Shown here one piece after another: positions 35,553-39,022 of a DNA stretch of 39,022 bases (position 1 is its first letter; every line of letters starts with the position of its first letter). Source of the stretch: Planctomycetaceae bacterium. GTDB lineage: Bacteria > Planctomycetota > Planctomycetia > Planctomycetales > Planctomycetaceae. The stretch lies in contig JBGCDN010000215.1 of NCBI GenBank assembly GCA_045105495.1, positions 1 to 39,022 on the forward strand, in the 5' to 3' direction. The notes beneath the pieces were generated by a model, which did not search any database, was not told the DNA's origin, and saw only the letters and a list, made by a program, of their open reading frames with translations. A program made the translations under genes and the position numbers.

Positions 35553-36818
35553 ATGACAAGCCGCCGCGACTTTCTCCTTGCTTCAGCCGCTGGAACCGTG
35601 ATTCCGTCGCTGTTGACCGCCGCTCCGAAAGTGACTCCCAACGATCGATTGAATCTGGGAGTGATTGGAATCGGGCCGCGATGCCGGTACGACTTAACTT
35701 CCATCCTGAAGTTCGACGATGTCCGCTGCGTCGCAATCGCCGATGTGCAGAAGTCACGGCGAGACATCGGCAAGAGAATGGTCGACGACCAATACGGCAA
35801 CAAGGACCTGCAGTTGTACGGTGACTTCCGCGAACTTCTACAGCGTGACGACATCGACGCGGTTCTGGTTGCAACTGGCGATCGCTGGCATGCTGCAGCA
35901 TCGATTGCGGCGGCCGAAGCCGGCAAGGATGTCTACAGCGAGAAACCATGTGGCATCACGATCGATGCGTGTCAGCGACTTGCCGACACGATGCACAAAC
36001 ACAAGCGAGTTTTTCAGGCGGGTACTCAGCGGCGCAGTGTGCCTAACTTCATCAAAGCTGTCGAACTTGTTCATGCCGGAAAGCTTGGTGCGTTAAAGAC
36101 AATGCATGCGTCGGTCTACATCCCCACGCTGGACAATTCATGGCTGCCGCCAGAACCAATGCCAAAGAAGGACATCTGCGACTGGAACATGTGGCTCGGT
36201 CCGGCAGCGTGGCGACCCTACAACAAGAAGTACGTCGAAGGTCGCTGGCGCGGACAGTGGGACTTTGATTCGGGGGCGAGGCTGTTGGACTGGGGCGCGC
36301 ACACCGTTGATCTTTGCCAGTGGGCGAACCAGTCAGACGACACAATGCCTGTGACTTATGAGCCCACTGCGGAGAACATCGTCTGCACGTATGCAAACGG
36401 AGTGAAGCTGATGATTGACTTCCTGAAAGAACCATTCGGCAACCGCGCACCGAAGTACATTACTCGACTGGGGACCTGCCCGGTTCGATTCGTTGGCGAA
36501 TCGGGTTCTGTTGAAACGGGCGATGAAGGAGAGATCGTCGTCACGCCCAAATCACTTCGGAGGCTTCTTCCAAACACAAAACGTGTTCGCGGTCTCGACG
36601 TTTCTGCACACTCACGCGACTTCTTTGATTGCATTCGTGATCGAGGAACCACGGCTGCAAATCCCGACGTGATGCGTCGCTCACACATTGCCTGTCATGC
36701 AGCAGCGATTGCATGGATTCTTAAGCGTAAGCTCACGATCGACCCCACGACAGAGATGTTCGTCGACGACACTGAAGCCAACCTGCTTCGATCACGCCCC
36801 ATCCGAAAATGGGCCTGA
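35553..36818 (+). CDS. Gfo/Idh/MocA-family oxidoreductase with twin-arginine signal
   Basis: A Tat motif is present (MTSRRDFLLASAAGTV). The Rossmann N-terminus reads LNLGVIGIGPR, and the conserved motif SEKPCG is present. A GGGAG lies 7 nt upstream of the ATG. Confidence 0.85.
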   Translation: MTSRRDFLLASAAGTVIPSLLTAAPKVTPNDRLNLGVIGIGPRCRYDLTSILKFDDVRCVAIADVQKSRRDIGKRMVDDQYGNKDLQLYGDFRELLQRDDIDAVLVATGDRWHAAASIAAAEAGKDVYSEKPCGITIDACQRLADTMHKHKRVFQAGTQRRSVPNFIKAVELVHAGKLGALKTMHASVYIPTLDNSWLPPEPMPKKDICDWNMWLGPAAWRPYNKKYVEGRWRGQWDFDSGARLLDWGAHTVDLCQWANQSDDTMPVTYEPTAENIVCTYANGVKLMIDFLKEPFGNRAPKYITRLGTCPVRFVGESGSVETGDEGEIVVTPKSLRRLLPNTKRVRGLDVSAHSRDFFDCIRDRGTTAANPDVMRRSHIACHAAAIAWILKRKLTIDPTTEMFVDDTEANLLRSRPIRKWA

Positions 36819-36909
36819 CAACTGAACCATATCGCTTTTCCCAAGGCGCCGTTCATGCAGCGAAGAACCACCCGCTGATCACCATCCCAACACCGCCGCC
36901 GCAACCCGG

Positions 36910-38217
36910 TCAAGCGGAACGCTTGTTGGGCCAGTGTCTTGGTTCATCGATGAAGAATGTCATGACCATTCCGCAGATGTTTACCAGGCCGATGGTGATG
37001 AACACGGGTGCGAAGCCGATTTGATCGACCAGCAGGCCAACGAGCGGTGAGAGCAACAGAGTGATCGGCATGAACATCTTCAACGTGCTGATGTACAGCG
37101 CGTGATGATCAGACGTAGTTAGTTCAAGGCAGTAGTTTTCCAGCGATCGAAATGTAACCGGGATCGCGCCGAACAGGATGAAGATCAGCACGAACCATTT
37201 TGGGTCTGCCCATGTCGCAAGTGCGATGGCGACGATGGGGCAGCAACCAGCCAAGAGCAAAAGGATTCGCATCGTAAGCCGATAGCCGAATTTGTCTGCG
37301 ATGATTCCGCTGGCCAGAGCCATCACTCCGGCGCTTGCGTTTTGTGACACGACCCAGAACATCAGATCGCCGAAGTCACGCCGACCTCCGCGAGCCAACG
37401 CCTGATAGTGCGGCACCAACAGCAACGCTGAAACGAAGAGTGCGGAAACGACCAGCAGTCTCGCTAAATGCGAATCAGATCGAACCCGCTTCCATCCGTC
37501 GCGAAACGGTGCAACACGTTTCTTTGGTGTGAAGTTGTCTGGTTCTTCGCGAACAAACAGCGACGTGATGCTTGCGAGAACAAACATCGTGCCCACAAAC
37601 AGAAAGATCCAAACGAAGCCGCCATCACGCATTTCGAGCCATCGTGGTAACAGGTTCCACGCTGTTGTAATTGAGAGTGTGACGCCCACGACTCCCGAGA
37701 GAGCAATAATCCGTCCTCGCCGCGCGGGGGAGATCAGCTTGCCGGTGATGGTGCCGAGACAAAGTTGGTTCAGCCCGGTCATAGAAAAGAAGAACAAGTA
37801 CAAACACAAGAAGACGGCAGGCAGCCAGGTCGAACCAACAGCCCCAGGTACTGCCAGCAACGCAGACAGAACCAGAAACGGCGCGCCCATGAGAATGACG
37901 AACAGACCGAGCGGCCTGCGCTTTAATGGCATCGAGCGTAAGCGGTCGGCGAACAGGAATTGAGGGATGCTCTGCCCCAGTCGATTCAAAACCGGCAGGC
38001 AACCGCGAATCCACGCAGGCCCGGCGATCATGTCGACAAAGGCCGGCATGATCACGCTCTCGGTTTTAAAGATCCAACCGATCCGAATCACAATCTGTTG
38101 CATCGCCAGAAACACCAGATTCCGTGCTTCGTTCTGCTCGTGAACCCGACCGTTCCCGTCTTCTGTCGTCGCTGCCGTCTCGCTTGAGCGTGTAGCGTTG
38201 GAGTCGGCGAGGGGCAT
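36910..38217 (-). CDS. MFS-type transporter (435 aa, about 12 hydrophobic segments)
   Basis: The protein is hydrophobic throughout and has basic inter-helix loops (e.g. FADRLRSMPLKRRP) typical of MFS proteins. Substrate is unknown. Confidence 0.75.
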   Translation of the reverse strand: MPLADSNATRSSETAATTEDGNGRVHEQNEARNLVFLAMQQIVIRIGWIFKTESVIMPAFVDMIAGPAWIRGCLPVLNRLGQSIPQFLFADRLRSMPLKRRPLGLFVILMGAPFLVLSALLAVPGAVGSTWLPAVFLCLYLFFFSMTGLNQLCLGTITGKLISPARRGRIIALSGVVGVTLSITTAWNLLPRWLEMRDGGFVWIFLFVGTMFVLASITSLFVREEPDNFTPKKRVAPFRDGWKRVRSDSHLARLLVVSALFVSALLLVPHYQALARGGRRDFGDLMFWVVSQNASAGVMALASGIIADKFGYRLTMRILLLLAGCCPIVAIALATWADPKWFVLIFILFGAIPVTFRSLENYCLELTTSDHHALYISTLKMFMPITLLLSPLVGLLVDQIGFAPVFITIGLVNICGMVMTFFIDEPRHWPNKRSA

Positions 38218-38409
38218 TTGTGAATTCGAGAAGCGGGAGTTTGACGAGTTAGTTCAGACCATAGCAGGCTGCACAGTCAAAGGAATCCGCAAGCTGGAAG
38301 TTCCTGCAGACCTGCCGGTGGGCTCAATTGGGAACGCAGTCCACACGTCCGAAAAACGCACTCGCGCCGAAACCCGGACCGAACACCACCGATGGAACTG
38401 AAAGTTCCC

Positions 38410-38985
38410 TTAGCTGTGCATTCGGGGTAAAGGGCAACCGGCTTCGATGATGGCGGCTTCCCGGGCGGCGAGTTCTTCGAGTCGTGAGTTGACTACGTCT
38501 TCCGCGGCGTAGTGTTTTGCAAGCCGCACATAGGTCGTGTGATGTCTGGCTTCCGATTCGTAGAGACTGCCGTAGAAATCGACAAGCTGTTGGTCGTCGA
38601 GGTGATCTCGCAGCAGAACGAATCGTTCGCAACTACGCGCTTCGATGAGGCTTGCGACGAGTAATCGATCGACAGCTTTGTCTGGCTCCTGTTTCCTGCC
38701 GAGCTGTTTCATCTTCCCACCGTAGGTGCCGGGCTTGATGCGGCGAAAGCGAATGGACCGACTTTTGAGAACGTCCAGCACCATGTGGAAGTGTTCGAGT
38801 TCTTCGTTGATGATCTCGGTCATTAGTACGCAGAGCTCTTCATTCTCCACGTAGTCGAACATCAGCCCCATGGCGACGCCAGCAGCCTTTTGTTCGCAGT
38901 GAGCGTGATCGATAAGCACTTCTGGCAGATGCTGTTCAACTTGCTTGAGCCAGCGTTCGGAAGAAGCGGATTGCAAATGCAGCAT
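38410..38985 (-). CDS. miaE: tRNA-(ms2io6A37)-hydroxylase MiaE (ferritin-like di-iron)
   Basis: Three blocks align with Salmonella MiaE as recalled from memory: LIDHAHCEQKAAGVA, IINEELEHFHMVLDVLKSRSI and LIEARSCERFVLL...YGSLYESEARHHTTY. Confidence 0.88.
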   Translation of the reverse strand: MLHLQSASSERWLKQVEQHLPEVLIDHAHCEQKAAGVAMGLMFDYVENEELCVLMTEIINEELEHFHMVLDVLKSRSIRFRRIKPGTYGGKMKQLGRKQEPDKAVDRLLVASLIEARSCERFVLLRDHLDDQQLVDFYGSLYESEARHHTTYVRLAKHYAAEDVVNSRLEELAAREAAIIEAGCPLPRMHS

Positions 38986-39022
38986 GATGATCTCAGAACC
39001 GAACCGGTGAACCTCAACGCTC

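Noticed and set aside
1-39022. Looked for CRISPR arrays, IS elements or transposases, integrases, toxin-antitoxin pairs, restriction-modification and other defence-type genes.
   Set aside because: None was found. There are no regularly spaced direct repeats, no transposase or integrase motifs in any listed ORF, and no terminal inverted repeats noticed. By content this looks like core chromosome rather than an accessory island.

Overview
This 39-kb chromosomal segment has moderately high GC content and shows no rRNA, tRNA, CRISPR array or recognisable mobile element. The gene content suggests Planctomycetota, possibly Pirellulales. That placement is an inference from a Tat-signal Gfo/Idh/MocA oxidoreductase, an FGE-sulfatase-domain protein, H4MPT-biosynthesis genes, a SecA paralogue and a giant TPR protein. 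The centre of the window (6.4-20.6 kb) is a flagellar core cluster split into two divergent units. One unit is fliK-flgD-flgE on the minus strand. The other is flgB-flgC-fliE-fliF-fliG-fliH-fliI-fliJ-(ylxF/flbB-like)-fliQ-fliR-flhB on the plus strand. Flanking genes, left to right:
- a 1.1-kaa transglutaminase/DUF2126 protein
- a truncated SecA paralogue plus a small membrane protein directly downstream of flgE
- a REC-HD-GYP response regulator
- a 1043-aa TPR protein followed by an ExbB-type channel with no ExbD
- a GtrB/ArnC-like GT2 glycosyltransferase
- beta-RFAP synthase plus a DUF447 protein (methanopterin pathway)
- a secreted clan GH-A glycosidase
- an FGE-like protein
- a 596-aa aspartate kinase with four ACT domains
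- a Gfo/Idh/MocA oxidoreductase, an MFS transporter and MiaE

The most concrete anomaly read directly from the sequence is a perfect 13-nt tandem duplication (30600-30630) that frameshifts the glycosidase gene. The most interesting system-level observation is the SecA2-like ATPase and its small membrane partner attached to the hook operon. No single clearly novel multi-gene system can be proven from sequence alone. All functional calls rest on motif recognition by eye, not on database searches.
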